Assembly (NCBI GenBank): GCA_963806225.1
Contig: CAWDXG010000004.1
Span: 3,968,001 to 4,032,000 of the forward strand
Direction of reading: 5' to 3'
Origin: an uncultured delta proteobacterium
Lineage (GTDB): Bacteria > Myxococcota_A > Polyangia > Polyangiales > Polyangiaceae
DNA length: 64,000 bases
The position numbers and the translations under genes are program-made. The notes under the pieces were generated by a model, which was not told the DNA's origin, did not search any database, and saw only the letters and a list, made by a program, of their open reading frames with translations. Within the stretch, counting starts at the first letter, position 1, and the number at the start of each line of letters is the position of its first letter. This document shows, in pieces, positions 46,839 to 58,831 of this stretch.

Positions 46839-49136
46839 CTACTGCCAGTTGCAGGCGATCAGAACCGTGGCGCCCGGGATCGGGGTGACGTTCACAGGAA
46901 CGAAGCGGAGCAAGTCGTGTCGATCAGGTGGGCAGGACTTGATGAACGCTGGGTTGCCCTGCTGACCGCCGACGTAGCAAAAGCCGTTCACGCCCGCCTT
47001 GACCGTATCGTCCTGGAGGCAGCTCTCGAGCCCGGTCTGGTCCGTGAGCTGCTCGATCTGGCACAGGTTCATCTCGGTGCAGTCGGGCTGCCCCGAGCCG
47101 CCACACAATCCTTCCTTGCCGAGCGTCAGGCGCGCGGCGGCAGCGAGCTTGTACGCGGGCGCTGCGCGGCCCGGCTTGTTGCAGTCGGTGTTGCCTACGC
47201 TGACTGGCGTCGCCTCGAGCACCGCACAGGCCACCTGCTTCGTCGCCGGATCGGGTGTGAGTTCGTGCGGGAGGCACAGCGTATCCAGGCGCCCGTAGGA
47301 GTCGGACAGCGGTGCCACTCGCCCGAGGATGGCGTCGACGGCGGGGTTATCGCCGTAGACAGGATCCGCAGCAGAGCCCGTTGCCACCTTCGGGCAGATG
47401 GAAGCAACGATCGAATTGTCGCCGAAGTCCTTCAGTACCTGCAGCTGCCTCAGGCCAGGGTACGCCTTGGCAAAGTACTGCGTCGTGCCGTAGGCGCCGG
47501 TGGTCGGGTTCTGGCACAGCGGTTTGTTGGGCGAGGCGTAGGGCTGGCCGTACTGGGCGCAGTCCACCCCGTTCGGGCGGGGCGTAGCCAGCGGGAAGAT
47601 GCAGGCGTACTGCAGGTCATCGCGACCGGGAATGTCGTACTCGTGACCGTTCTCGGCATTCGCGCCCACGCCCGCGCCGGGCGGCGCAATAGCGTCGCCA
47701 GTGATGGGATTCTTGCCACTGCGCGGGTCGATCGACTCCTGCATCAACGGGTCCTTCGGCGGAATGTACTTGTTCACGTCGCCGACGATGTCGTCCCAGA
47801 TCCCCTCCTGCCCCAGCTCCGCGGCAGTCTTGTAGCGGAGCTTCGACGGGTCCTTCAGCGTGTCGTCGGTCGCAATGTCCTGCCACGGCACACCGGTGAT
47901 GGCCGCCAGGAACACCAGCAACCGATCGCGCGGGATCTTCCCGCTCTGGCTCAAATCCGCGAAGATCGGGTTGGCCTCGGGCGTGTCGTTCTTGCCGCAG
48001 GAAAGGTCGGGATTGTCCGGGCAGAGCTGCCGCTGGGTCAGCGCGTTGACGTAGCGCTGGGTCGGGTAGAGCAGATCCAGACCGAAGCGGCGCTTCTCCT
48101 GGAAACAGCGCAGGTTCAGCGCGTCTTCTTTGTTGGTGAAGGCGCCCTGGTTGCACGACGGATCCACCTTGATCGCCTGGCACCCCGGGGGTGGCGAGCT
48201 CTCGTGCAGTGCGCAGGAACGACAGCACGGGCTGTTCGGATCGGTGGCGCAGGCGGCGGTCGCGCGCGGCATGTGATCCTGGCGCGCTACCAGCCAGCCC
48301 AGGCCCGTGTCGGAGATGGAGCAGTCGTCCTCGTCCGTAAGCATGACGATGAAAAGAAGCGAGTCGGGGCGCAGGAAGTGTGCGCGCTCGTAGAGGATTT
48401 CCTGGTCCACGCCGGTGGGCGTGGAGTAGTTGTTGGTGACCTTCACGTCGAGCGGCGGAGCCGGATCGGCCAGGAAGCGATACCACGCCTCCAGCGACGA
48501 CTCGAAGCCGCAGCCCTGCTCGCCTGCAGCCGTCACGTAGTTCGTGAAGTCCGTCTTCACCTCTGCGCCGTGGGTGCCGTCGAAGTCGAGGAATCCGAGA
48601 TTCTGGTAGCTCGAAAGCCCAGCGCGCACTTTCGGCAGCAGGTGACCGTGGTCGTTGTTGTCGGGGTTCGATCCGCCCGGGGCCTGCGGGTTGCAGAAGT
48701 TATCGGGTGAACCGTGGCCGCCGAGGCTGGAGGAGATGACGCCGATGTGGATGTCACTGGCTGGCTGGTACTCCGGCGTCGGCCCAGAGCTGCCGGCTGG
48801 GCATGGCTGGCCGTTGGCGGGCGTGGCGTGGCCAACGGAGTCGGTGCAGACCTCGATCGGGTTGGTCAGACGGTCCACGAGCTCTGGAACGACCTGGGCC
48901 AGCAGCGCCTGCTTGTCCGCCATCGAGGTCGAGTTATCGATCATGAACAACAGGTCGAGCTTGTTGACCGACGGCCATCGGACCGTCGTGAAGGACGGAG
49001 CGGTGACAGTGCCGGACCCCTGCCCCGTGGTGCGACCTCCACACCCGGGCGCCAGCGCCAAAGCGAGCGCGAGCGGCAACAGACGCGCCCAACCAGCCCA
49101 GGCACAGCGCGGCGACAACCGATGGACCCCACTCAT
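46839..49136 (-). CDS. Cys-rich VWA-like lipoprotein
   Basis: Lipobox APGC, DLLFMIDNSTSM (MIDAS), GCGFE, MLTDEDDCS. Confidence 0.8.
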   Translation of the reverse strand: MSGVHRLSPRCAWAGWARLLPLALALALAPGCGGRTTGQGSGTVTAPSFTTVRWPSVNKLDLLFMIDNSTSMADKQALLAQVVPELVDRLTNPIEVCTDSVGHATPANGQPCPAGSSGPTPEYQPASDIHIGVISSSLGGHGSPDNFCNPQAPGGSNPDNNDHGHLLPKVRAGLSSYQNLGFLDFDGTHGAEVKTDFTNYVTAAGEQGCGFESSLEAWYRFLADPAPPLDVKVTNNYSTPTGVDQEILYERAHFLRPDSLLFIVMLTDEDDCSISDTGLGWLVARQDHMPRATAACATDPNSPCCRSCALHESSPPPGCQAIKVDPSCNQGAFTNKEDALNLRCFQEKRRFGLDLLYPTQRYVNALTQRQLCPDNPDLSCGKNDTPEANPIFADLSQSGKIPRDRLLVFLAAITGVPWQDIATDDTLKDPSKLRYKTAAELGQEGIWDDIVGDVNKYIPPKDPLMQESIDPRSGKNPITGDAIAPPGAGVGANAENGHEYDIPGRDDLQYACIFPLATPRPNGVDCAQYGQPYASPNKPLCQNPTTGAYGTTQYFAKAYPGLRQLQVLKDFGDNSIVASICPKVATGSAADPVYGDNPAVDAILGRVAPLSDSYGRLDTLCLPHELTPDPATKQVACAVLEATPVSVGNTDCNKPGRAAPAYKLAAAARLTLGKEGLCGGSGQPDCTEMNLCQIEQLTDQTGLESCLQDDTVKAGVNGFCYVGGQQGNPAFIKSCPPDRHDLLRFVPVNVTPIPGATVLIACNWQ

Positions 49137-49248
49137 GACGACAAGAGTCGCATGCGGCGCGCCACAGTGAAACCCGGCCGATTCAGCGCTTCCGCCCAGG
49201 GGAAACCGTCAACCGGCCGTACGCGGCGTCAACCTGGTTGGCTGCTTG

Positions 49249-50292
49249 TCACAGGGATTTCGCCCAGGCCGGTGCGACCCTGCGCGGCCCCTGCGCATCG
49301 TCTTCGTCACCGGCGCGATCGGCTTCCCCGCGCAGCGCCGCAGCCAGGTAGTTCCGGGCGCGCAGCGTCCAGGCGCCGTCCGGGTGCTTGTCGAGGTGAG
49401 CGCGCAGCGCCTGGGCCGCAGCGGAGTAGTGCCCGAGCCGGTAGAAGAGCACGCCGCGGGCAAGCGCCGACAGGTACGACGGGTCGTGTTCCTCGAGAGT
49501 GGTGACGTAGGAGAGCTGGTTTCTGGTGCGCTCGTGCTCGTCGCGACCTTCGGGGTGCTGGAGCAGGAAGCCGTAGTACACGCGCCAGTCGTCGAGCGTG
49601 GGCGTGAAAGGATACGTCTCGAGCAGGCCCGAAAGGCCGGACCAGCGGATGCGGTACAGGACGGACCGCTCGGCGCGACTCATGAGCAATCGATGCGGCG
49701 GCGCGATCCAGCCGCTCGCACGCGCCTTGCGCAGGAAGTCCCCGCCGAGCTGCCGGAGATCGTCGTCGGCCGCGCCTGTCGCTTCCCAACGGAGAAGCGC
49801 TCGCTGGAACAGCCGGCTCTGCACCGCCCTGAGTCGCAGCAGCAGCTTGTCGCCGGCGCGACGGCGGGCCACGGCGGCCTGCACGCGCAGGTCCCCGAGC
49901 CCGCGTTCGGCGCGGACCGGTTCGTCGGCGGCTGCCGCGTCCCCGTAGCGCCGCATCAGCTCGCCCGCGGCGCGTACGTCGTAGGGCAGGATCTCTTCTT
50001 CAGCCTGGAGGGCGCGCTCGCCCTCGACGCGGAGCTCGCGCTCCACCTCGGGGTGATCCACGACCGGGCGCGGCAACACGTCGGGCGCCGCCGCCCGCGG
50101 CACCGCGACCAGCGCGCCGACGAGCGCAATCCCCACCGACACGACCGCCAGCTGCCAGCCCTCCAGGTGACGTTTCCAGCCGCTCTCAGGCTGTCGCGCG
50201 GCGCCCCCAACGCCCGCCTTGACACGATCGCCGCGCCGTCGCCACGATGGGCCTTCTGTCCGTGCGGCGCGGTCTTCGTCCGCGCCCGTCAT
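49249..50292 (-). CDS. Membrane-anchored protein with C-terminal TPR-like motif
   Basis: One TM segment; ARGVLFYRLGHYSAAAQAL. Confidence 0.6.
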   Translation of the reverse strand: MTGADEDRAARTEGPSWRRRGDRVKAGVGGAARQPESGWKRHLEGWQLAVVSVGIALVGALVAVPRAAAPDVLPRPVVDHPEVERELRVEGERALQAEEEILPYDVRAAGELMRRYGDAAAADEPVRAERGLGDLRVQAAVARRRAGDKLLLRLRAVQSRLFQRALLRWEATGAADDDLRQLGGDFLRKARASGWIAPPHRLLMSRAERSVLYRIRWSGLSGLLETYPFTPTLDDWRVYYGFLLQHPEGRDEHERTRNQLSYVTTLEEHDPSYLSALARGVLFYRLGHYSAAAQALRAHLDKHPDGAWTLRARNYLAAALRGEADRAGDEDDAQGPRRVAPAWAKSL

Positions 50293-50315
50293 GGGGCCCT
50301 GCTCCCGAGGATGCC

Positions 50316-50618
50316 GTGGAAGAAAAGCGCGTTCACCCCAGAATCCCGATCAACGTCGACGTGTCGTGCGAGATGAAGGACGGGGCCGCCGTGACCGGTG
50401 TCGCCAAGGATCTGAGCCTGGGAGGCATGTTCATCGAGTCGGAGCAGGCGCCGCCGTTCGGGACGGATCTTACCATCGTCGGGCGCCTGCCTGGGGCGAG
50501 CAGCGAATCCCGCCTGCCCGGCGTGGTGCGCTGGACGAAGCCCGGCGGTTTCGGCATCCAGTTCGGCCTGCTCGGCGCCCGGGAGACGCACGCGATCTCG
50601 CAGCTGTTGAGGTACTGA
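50316..50618 (+). CDS. PilZ domain protein
   Basis: KRVHPR, DLSLGG, VVRW..GFGIQF. Confidence 0.88.
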   Translation: MEEKRVHPRIPINVDVSCEMKDGAAVTGVAKDLSLGGMFIESEQAPPFGTDLTIVGRLPGASSESRLPGVVRWTKPGGFGIQFGLLGARETHAISQLLRY

Positions 50619-50633
50619 GGGAGGCCGCGGCGC

Positions 50634-51539
50634 CTACTCGTACGCCTCGAGCGCGGAGGGATCGACGCCCAGCGCGTCGAAAACCTGGCTCAGGCGCGCA
50701 CGAGGCACGGAAACGCGGGTCGGCATGCCACCGGCGAGGCCGAGCAGCTTCAGGAAGTCCAGACCGCTGTCGAAGCGGGCGGCCACGCTGACGGTGTTGC
50801 CGTCGATGACGATGCTGACCGTCTCGCGCTCCTGACCCAGCAGAAGCAGCAAGGTCTTGTCGATCCTGCCGACGCCGTGGGTCACGTCGACCACCGCGAC
50901 GTTGGGCGGCAGGCGCGCGTAGCGCTGCGCCGCGCGGCGCGTCTCCTCCTCGATCGGAACCAGCTCGGCAGCGGCCGCGTCGATCGGCTCCCACAGTGCC
51001 GCGTCGGAAAGTCCCGTAGCCAGGTGCCGCACGATCACGCCGAACAGCCCGCTGTCGCGCGGGCGGCCGCGAAGCGCGCGGTCGATACGCTCGGCGATAC
51101 GACTCGGCTTTCCGAGCCGGGTATCGATAGCGTAGGAATCCGCGTCGCAGCCTTCGTAGGGCTCGAGACCGCCCCGCATCCACTTGGCGGCGCTCGCCAG
51201 GCCGTCGAAGTCCGTGTGGCAGACGATGGTGTCGACGGCCCCGATGCGTTCGACCAGCGGCGGATCGATCATCTCCGGACAGGCGCCGTGCTCGGCCTTG
51301 GTGGAGAGCACGAAGCGGGGATCGCTGGCGTAGCGGGCGTGCTCCTCGTGGTCGTGGTGATCGACCCAGACGCGCAGCCGTTCGCCCAACCCGTCGATGA
51401 ACGGCTGGGTGATCTTCGGGAAGCCGCCGCCGCTGCCGGCGCCAGCGAAGGCGATATCCAGCACCGCCACCCGACCAGAAACCTGCCCTGGTTTCGGCAA
51501 CTTGCGAGGCGTCGCAAAGGAGAGAGCGGGAGCTAGCAT
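50634..51539 (-). CDS. DHH-like phosphoesterase
   Basis: VLDIAF, WVDHH, HTDFDGL. Confidence 0.6.
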   Translation of the reverse strand: MLAPALSFATPRKLPKPGQVSGRVAVLDIAFAGAGSGGGFPKITQPFIDGLGERLRVWVDHHDHEEHARYASDPRFVLSTKAEHGACPEMIDPPLVERIGAVDTIVCHTDFDGLASAAKWMRGGLEPYEGCDADSYAIDTRLGKPSRIAERIDRALRGRPRDSGLFGVIVRHLATGLSDAALWEPIDAAAAELVPIEEETRRAAQRYARLPPNVAVVDVTHGVGRIDKTLLLLLGQERETVSIVIDGNTVSVAARFDSGLDFLKLLGLAGGMPTRVSVPRARLSQVFDALGVDPSALEAYE

Positions 51540-51625
51540 ACCTGGCGACCTGGTCCGTCCAACGGTTGTGTGGCGCGCGAGACGCCGTATTCTGGAGAGA
51601 AAGGCGGAAAGGAGAAGGAGATAGC

Positions 51626-52666
51626 ATGAGTCGACTGCGCACAGCCCTCGCCGGCGGTTTGCTGGCCCTGCCCGCACTGGCCTTTGCGCTCTCGGGCGGC
51701 CCGGCCCGGGCCCAGACGGCGGCCTCGAACGGCGCCGGGAGCCAATGCGTGCTGCGCGGAGTGGTGCGAATGCCGGCCAATCTGCCCATCTACGACAAGT
51801 CCAGCGGCGGCGATGCGTTCGCCCGCTTCACGGGCAGCGATACAGCCCTGGCCGCTAGCGACTTCCCGGCCGACCCGAAGAAAGGTCGCGCCCAGATCCA
51901 GACCGGCACCGGCACCGGCAGCTTCCGCGTCGCCGGCTACACCGACGCGACGCGCATCCCGGTGCATACGGACGTGGCCATCCCGATCGTGTCGGGGCAC
52001 CTGTACATCGGCGCCAAGCGCAAGGTGAACGTCATCGCCGCCAGCACCGGTCGGCTGAAGATCCAGCAGCAGCTCAAGAAGCCCATCCAACAGACCTTCA
52101 CGGCCTGGGCTTCGTGCAGCACGCTGACACTGACGACCAGCACGCCTCCGGGCTGGAGCGTACCCGGCCGCTCGCGCGGATACGTCGTCAAGCAGGACCA
52201 GGTCACGCTCTACGACGACTGGCATCCAGGTCGCAGCGAGGTCACCGCGCTCAACCGCGCACCGGGCGGGAACGGGATTCTGCTCTGGAGCGACAAGCGC
52301 CGGGGCGCCTTCGTGCACGTCGAGTACCACGGCGCCATCACGCTCAACGCCTGGGCGCGTGCTCGCGACCTGAAGGCGCTACCGCCGGGCGAGACGATGG
52401 ACGAGCTGGCGGGCCCCGTGACGAAGCCGAATCCGCCGCGCCTGCAGCTGCAGAGCAACCCGCAGGTCGTCAAGACGACCAAGGAAGTCCCACTGCGCAT
52501 CGAGGCCAAGGACGACGGCAAGGTCGTCGGCTTGATCGAGAAGGACACCGAAACCTACGTCATCGACACGGTGGCCGGCTGGGCCAACGTGCTGCCGAAA
52601 GCGCTGAACATCGCGCCCTATGGCGGCCACCAGTTCTGGGTGAAGGCGAGCGACCTCGGGTTGTAG
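51626..52666 (+). CDS. Secreted hypothetical protein (SH3-like segments)
   Basis: RBS AAGGAG, signal peptide ARA-Q. Confidence 0.65.
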   Translation: MSRLRTALAGGLLALPALAFALSGGPARAQTAASNGAGSQCVLRGVVRMPANLPIYDKSSGGDAFARFTGSDTALAASDFPADPKKGRAQIQTGTGTGSFRVAGYTDATRIPVHTDVAIPIVSGHLYIGAKRKVNVIAASTGRLKIQQQLKKPIQQTFTAWASCSTLTLTTSTPPGWSVPGRSRGYVVKQDQVTLYDDWHPGRSEVTALNRAPGGNGILLWSDKRRGAFVHVEYHGAITLNAWARARDLKALPPGETMDELAGPVTKPNPPRLQLQSNPQVVKTTKEVPLRIEAKDDGKVVGLIEKDTETYVIDTVAGWANVLPKALNIAPYGGHQFWVKASDLGL

Positions 52667-52696
52667 GGCGCGGGGGCAGCGCGTAGGCTGCCGCGC

Positions 52697-53734
52697 ATGC
52701 GCCGCGCCGCCCTGGTCCTGCTTCTGTTCGCGTTCGGCTGCGGCTCGAGCTCGCAGTCGCCGGGTGGCACATCGTCGGGCGGCACTTCGTCGGGCGGTAC
52801 GGGCGGCACTTCGTCGGGCGGCACGGGCGGCACTTCGTCGGGCGGCACGGGCGGCACTTCGTCGGGCGGAAGCGGCGGAGTCGACGCGGGGGGCGGAAGC
52901 GGCGGAGTCGCTACGGGGGGCGGTGCGGGCGACGCGGGCGTCGACGCGCCGGCTCCAGTCGACGCCGGGCCGTCGCGCTGCACCGAAACGTCCTCCCAGG
53001 TCACGTGCGCCGAGCAGCAGCTCGTGCTGGACATGGGGCAGAACGGCGGCAAGCGCACGATCCACTACAACGTGCCGCTCGGCAGTGCGCCCGCCGCAGG
53101 CTGGCCCGTCGTGATCATGTTCCAGGGCGCCTACTACTCCGCGGCGCACACCTTCACCGGCAACAAGGGCGACCCGTGGGGCGGCTACTACCAGACGCTC
53201 GTGGTCAAGCGCCTGCTCGACGGGGGCCTTGCCGTGCTGGCGCCGGAGGCGAACCAGAACGGGAACGGCTACTGGGACACGAACATCTCGCCGTACGACC
53301 AGAACTGGAAGAGCGCGCCGGACAACGCCTACATGCTCGCCATCTTCCAGGCGATCACGGGCGGCAAGTTCGGGCCGCTCGACGACAAGGAGATGTACGC
53401 CGCTGGCCTGTCGAGCGGCGGCTACATGACCAGTCGCATGGCCGTCAGCTACGCGGGGCGCTTCCGCGCGCTGGCCATCGAATCGGCGTCGTACGCGACG
53501 TGTCTGGCGTCGCAGTGCACGGTGCCCGCTCCGCTGCCTTCCGATCATCCGCCAACCCTGTTCCTGCACGGCGGCGCCGACCAGATCGTGCCCATCTCGA
53601 CCATGAAGCTCTACAAGGCCCAGCTGGACAAGCAGGGCATCGCAACGAAAGCCGTGATCGACAACCCGGCGGGCCACGGTTGGATCGCCGCCGCGCCGGA
53701 CGAGGTGCCCGCCTGGTTTTCCGGGCATCCTTGA
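52697..53734 (+). CDS. Esterase / PHA depolymerase-like lipoprotein
   Basis: Lipobox AFGC, GTSSGGTG repeats, GLSSGGYMTSRMA, HPPTLFLHG..D, GHGW. Confidence 0.8.
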   Translation: MRRAALVLLLFAFGCGSSSQSPGGTSSGGTSSGGTGGTSSGGTGGTSSGGTGGTSSGGSGGVDAGGGSGGVATGGGAGDAGVDAPAPVDAGPSRCTETSSQVTCAEQQLVLDMGQNGGKRTIHYNVPLGSAPAAGWPVVIMFQGAYYSAAHTFTGNKGDPWGGYYQTLVVKRLLDGGLAVLAPEANQNGNGYWDTNISPYDQNWKSAPDNAYMLAIFQAITGGKFGPLDDKEMYAAGLSSGGYMTSRMAVSYAGRFRALAIESASYATCLASQCTVPAPLPSDHPPTLFLHGGADQIVPISTMKLYKAQLDKQGIATKAVIDNPAGHGWIAAAPDEVPAWFSGHP

Positions 53735-53796
53735 CGGCGGATCACCGCCCCGCGCTGCGCATTTTGCGCCGCGCGGACGCATGATAGCTTCGCGCC

Positions 53797-54765
53797 GTGC
53801 CCGTCGATCCCAACATCATCCGCGCCGCGCTCGCCCATCCGCTCGAAGGCACCGACTTTCCCTCGCTGGGCAAGCGCTACGTCGGCAAGGTCCGCGACAA
53901 CTACACGACGCCCGATGGGCGTCGCTACATCGTGGTCACCGATCGCATCAGCGCGTTCGATCGCGTGCTCGGAACGCTGCCACTCAAGGGGCAGCTGCTC
54001 AATCACGTGGCGGCGTGGTGGTTCGAGCACACGAAAGGCATCGCGCCGAACCATCTTCTGGAGGTGCCGGACCCGAACGTGATGCTCGTCCGCGAGTGTA
54101 CGCCGCTGCCTGTGGAGATGGTCGTGCGCGCGTATCTCACGGGCACCACGTCCACGAGCATCTGGGTGCACTACGAGCGCGGCGAGCGCGAGTTCTGCGG
54201 CCACAAGCTGCCCGACGGCCTGAAAAAGCACCAGAAGCTGCCCGCGCCGATCCTCACGCCCAGCACCAAGGCGGCCAAGGGCGGCCACGACGTGTCCGCA
54301 TCGCGCGAGCAGATCCTGGCGCTCACGCATATGCCCGAGAAGGACTTCGATCGCGCCGCGGAGCTGGCGATGGCGCTGTTCGCTGAAGGGCAGCGCGTGT
54401 GCGCCGCGCGCGGCCTGATCCTGGTCGACACCAAGTACGAGCTCGGCAAGACGCCGGACGGAGAAGTCGTGCTCATCGACGAGATCCACACGCCCGACTC
54501 GTCGCGCTTCTGGTACGCGGCAAGCTACGAGAAGCGCTTCAGCGCCGGCGAAGACCCGGAGAGCTTCGACAAGGAGTACGTGCGGCGCTTCCTCGCCGCC
54601 GAGGGCTTCCGCGGCGACGGCCCCATCCCGCACATCCCCGACGACGTGCGCGTCGAGGCGACGCGCCGCTACATCGAGGCGGTGGAGCAGATCACCGGCG
54701 CGCCGTTCGAGCCCAACCTGGACGAGCCGATCGCGCGGATCGGGAAGAACCTCGGTGTCGCGTAG
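53797..54765 (+). CDS. purC: SAICAR synthase
   Basis: [43 protein letters not shown]. Confidence 0.95.
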   Translation: MPVDPNIIRAALAHPLEGTDFPSLGKRYVGKVRDNYTTPDGRRYIVVTDRISAFDRVLGTLPLKGQLLNHVAAWWFEHTKGIAPNHLLEVPDPNVMLVRECTPLPVEMVVRAYLTGTTSTSIWVHYERGEREFCGHKLPDGLKKHQKLPAPILTPSTKAAKGGHDVSASREQILALTHMPEKDFDRAAELAMALFAEGQRVCAARGLILVDTKYELGKTPDGEVVLIDEIHTPDSSRFWYAASYEKRFSAGEDPESFDKEYVRRFLAAEGFRGDGPIPHIPDDVRVEATRRYIEAVEQITGAPFEPNLDEPIARIGKNLGVA

Positions 54766-55968
54766 CTAGTGCACGATCGTCAGGCAGCCGACGACGACGT
54801 CGGTCTCGCCCTTCGTGTTCGAGATCAGATCGCAGGCCGCCGGGCACAGGACGATGTGAGTCGGATTGTTCGGGTCGTCATAGTACCACTTCTTGTCACC
54901 CTTGCAGCCGTCCTGCTTGCCGTCCTGGGTCTGGGGGAAGTACTGCTGCTGGCCGCCGGCGGGCGTGAAGGCCACGTTGACCCTGCCGTAGTCGGGCGTG
55001 CCGCTTGTGGGCTGCGGGATCTTCAGCACGCAGCCGACCGAGCCGCGGATCTGGTTGAGCGCGTCGAGGAACTGCTGGCCGGCGTTGCTGCCGTTGACGA
55101 TGACCGCCTGCGTGGTGCCGCCCTTCTGGGCGATGAGGTTCAGGTCCGGTACGGCGCTGCCGACGCCGATCACGAACGTCTTGATCGAGGGCTTGTTCGT
55201 GTAGCCCTGCTCGGCGCGCGCGGCGACCGTGGCGACGCTGTTCGGGTTGCAGTTGTTCGGCTCGCCGTCGGTCGCGAGTACGACGATGGTGATGTCGTCG
55301 GGGTGATTCTTGGCCCACGATTGCGCGTACTCGATCGCGCCGTGCTCCGCAGCATCGGTCGGCGTGGAGGCGCCGTCCGGGCTCTGTCCACCGATAGCCG
55401 AGGTGATCGCACCGGCCACGCCCGGAAGCGGCGCGATGCCCACAACGGGCTTGGCGTAGTCCGTGTCGACGCAAGAGTCGTTCGGCGACAGCCCGCCGGT
55501 ACAGGTGTTGAAGCCCGGTACGCACGGTCCGTACACACCGCATTGCGGATCGGTGGTGCAGGCCGCGGGCGGCGGAACGGCGGGTTTGGTCGGGAAGAAG
55601 CCGATGCCCATGCCGAGGCCGCTGATCCCGGGCAGGCTCACGAAGTTGTTGAGCGCGCCGGTCACCGCCGACCACTTGCTGGGCGTGTCGTCTTTCATCG
55701 ATCCGGAACGATCGAGCATCACGAACATGTCGAGCGGCAGGAGCTCCCCGGTGTACTTGTCCTTGGCGCAGCCCTGCGGAAGACCGCCGCTACCCCCGCC
55801 CGGATTGAAACCGCCCGCGCCCGCTCCGGCGCCGCTGCCGCCCGCGCCGGTAGCGCCGCTGCCGCCGCTACCGACCTGACTCCTCGTCCCGGTCGCGCTG
55901 CTGCACGCCGAAGCGCACACGAAAAGCAGAGAAGCTAGAGTCCCAAGCACACCCAGGCTGCGTCGCAT
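54766..55968 (-). CDS. VWA domain lipoprotein
   Basis: Lipobox ASAC, MLDRSGSM, LATDGEP, TFVIGVG. Confidence 0.85.
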   Translation of the reverse strand: MRRSLGVLGTLASLLFVCASACSSATGTRSQVGSGGSGATGAGGSGAGAGAGGFNPGGGSGGLPQGCAKDKYTGELLPLDMFVMLDRSGSMKDDTPSKWSAVTGALNNFVSLPGISGLGMGIGFFPTKPAVPPPAACTTDPQCGVYGPCVPGFNTCTGGLSPNDSCVDTDYAKPVVGIAPLPGVAGAITSAIGGQSPDGASTPTDAAEHGAIEYAQSWAKNHPDDITIVVLATDGEPNNCNPNSVATVAARAEQGYTNKPSIKTFVIGVGSAVPDLNLIAQKGGTTQAVIVNGSNAGQQFLDALNQIRGSVGCVLKIPQPTSGTPDYGRVNVAFTPAGGQQQYFPQTQDGKQDGCKGDKKWYYDDPNNPTHIVLCPAACDLISNTKGETDVVVGCLTIVH

Positions 55969-56236
55969 CGATAGTCCCTCGCGCTCCCGCCAGACGGCGG
56001 GAATTGCCGACAAGCGTTTTCCGCATACCACAAAACCAGCTTCCGGACACCCGGTCGGAAGACGCAAGCGCTGGTTTTCATGGACGGATCGGAATTTTCG
56101 ATTCGGGGCACACGACGCGGCGCGGCATCGGTCAACGCCCACATGACGGTTGTCCAGTGCGGCACGCCGCAGGGGTGGTCGAGACGGGGCAACAGCGGTA
56201 TTCGAGTCGTCCCACTCGACCCGAGGAGGCAGAGAG

Positions 56237-57423
<1,187 letters not shown>

Positions 57424-57437
57424 CGCAAAGCCGGCAT

Positions 57438-57460
57438 GGGCGGAGCCCGGCGCTCCGCCC
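57438..57460. terminator. Hairpin between convergent genes
   Basis: GGGCGGAGC-CCGGC-GCTCCGCCC, 9-bp stem, no U-tract. Confidence 0.45.
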
Positions 57461-57468
57461 GCCGCCAA

Positions 57469-58011
57469 CTACTCCGAAAGCTCGCGGGCAAGCTGGCCGA
57501 GGTAGTCGGCGTAGCCCTCGATGTCGTGGATGCGCCGGAAGCGGACGAGCGCCTTGTCCAGGGCTTCTGTCGCGTCGCCCGCCAGCTCGCGCTTCGCCTC
57601 GGGGTAGAGTAGCTCGTCTTCCTTCTTCATGTGCGCGCGCTCGAATTCGACGAGCTCGCGACCGGTCGCGAGCAGCTCGCCGATCCGCTCGTCGCTCCAG
57701 GCGTGCTTGTCAGTCGCCGCGCGCTTCAGCCGCGCGAACAGCGCACGCTCGTGGCTGTGTTGCTCGCGGATGTGCGCCAGCGGCCCCATGTTCTTCGCGT
57801 AGCCGTGGCGTTCCAGCGCCGGGAACAGCACGGCCTCTTCCTTGGCGTGGTGGATGCCGTCGGCGTAGTCCGAGAAGAATGTCACGAACCGGAACAGGTC
57901 GTGCCGGTCGACGTCGTGTTTCGCCTCGACCGAGTCGAGGTACGCCATGAACGCGTCCATGACCCGCGTGATGGTGTGGTGTTCGTCTGCCAGATCCCCG
58001 AAGATGTCCAT
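57469..58011 (-). CDS. Hemerythrin HHE domain protein
   Basis: EH, HHAKEE.VLFP, QH, HMKKEDELLYP. Confidence 0.88.
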   Translation of the reverse strand: MDIFGDLADEHHTITRVMDAFMAYLDSVEAKHDVDRHDLFRFVTFFSDYADGIHHAKEEAVLFPALERHGYAKNMGPLAHIREQHSHERALFARLKRAATDKHAWSDERIGELLATGRELVEFERAHMKKEDELLYPEAKRELAGDATEALDKALVRFRRIHDIEGYADYLGQLARELSE

Positions 58012-58037
58012 TGCCCGGCAGGATAGCGCGTCCCGCA

Positions 58038-58388
58038 CTACTTCCGCAGCAAGCGATCGCCGCTCGCGTAGACGAGCGCGTGGTAGGCGACCGAGAGGGC
58101 GGCCAGCAGAGCACCCAGCAGGCGCGCGCCCGCGGCGTACAAGGCCAGCGCCGCCAGGCCGGAGACGACCAGCTCCTGCACGAGACGCAGCGGCTCGGCA
58201 GACCTCCCGGCAAACCGGAAGTCGACCGCCCCCCAGAAGCCGAAACCCAGCAGCGGCGCGCCCACGGCCAACAGCAGCTTCATGCCGGCGCCGTCTCCGG
58301 TGCGGTAGCCCCAGTACGCAAGCCCCACCACGACACCGAGCTCCATGAGAGCCCTCAGGGCGAGGTTCACCGACTGCGTCCGCGTCAT
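58038..58388 (-). CDS. YrdB / DUF2568 family membrane protein
   Basis: NLALRALMEL..LAYWG..P..WG. Confidence 0.75.
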   Translation of the reverse strand: MTRTQSVNLALRALMELGVVVGLAYWGYRTGDGAGMKLLLAVGAPLLGFGFWGAVDFRFAGRSAEPLRLVQELVVSGLAALALYAAGARLLGALLAALSVAYHALVYASGDRLLRK

Positions 58389-58420
58389 CGAGCCGACGGA
58401 CCTACCACAGAGCGCGACGC

Positions 58421-58720
58421 TCACTCGCCCGCGTCGAGAGAGGGGCACACACAGCCGTCGCCGACCAGTTTGCCGTTCTCGCAGCGGACGTCGCAGGGAC
58501 ACATGCAGTCCATGCAGGCAAGCTGCAGGTCCTCGGACGTGCAGCCGTGGCCATCAACGCCGCCGCTGGCGTCCGCACCCGCCTCGGCGTTGGCTGCGCC
58601 CCCTGATCCGTCCACCGCGGCATCGGCATGCCCGGCCCCGCCCGCGTCCGTCCCGACCGGGCCGACGCTCGAACTGCAGCCCAGAGCCAACAATCCCAGC
58701 AAGCAGAACCGACGAAGCAC
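58421..58720 (-). CDS. Small Cys-rich lipoprotein
   Basis: Lipobox ALGC, DAG repeats, Cys-rich tail. Confidence 0.55.
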   Translation of the reverse strand: MLRRFCLLGLLALGCSSSVGPVGTDAGGAGHADAAVDGSGGAANAEAGADASGGVDGHGCTSEDLQLACMDCMCPCDVRCENGKLVGDGCVCPSLDAGE

Positions 58721-58831
58721 GATCGAAGTATCACACGCGTCTGCCAGCCCAACAACTCCGCTGCGCGTCGCAGCGGCGGCCGGGCGTCGCAGCAATGCGG
58801 GGGATTGCGGGGATTTTGTGCGGGCGCACCG

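Noticed and set aside
50316..51539. PilZ plus DHH-like pair as a cyclic-nucleotide signalling module
   Set aside because: Convergent genes, no cyclase nearby; adjacency alone is not evidence
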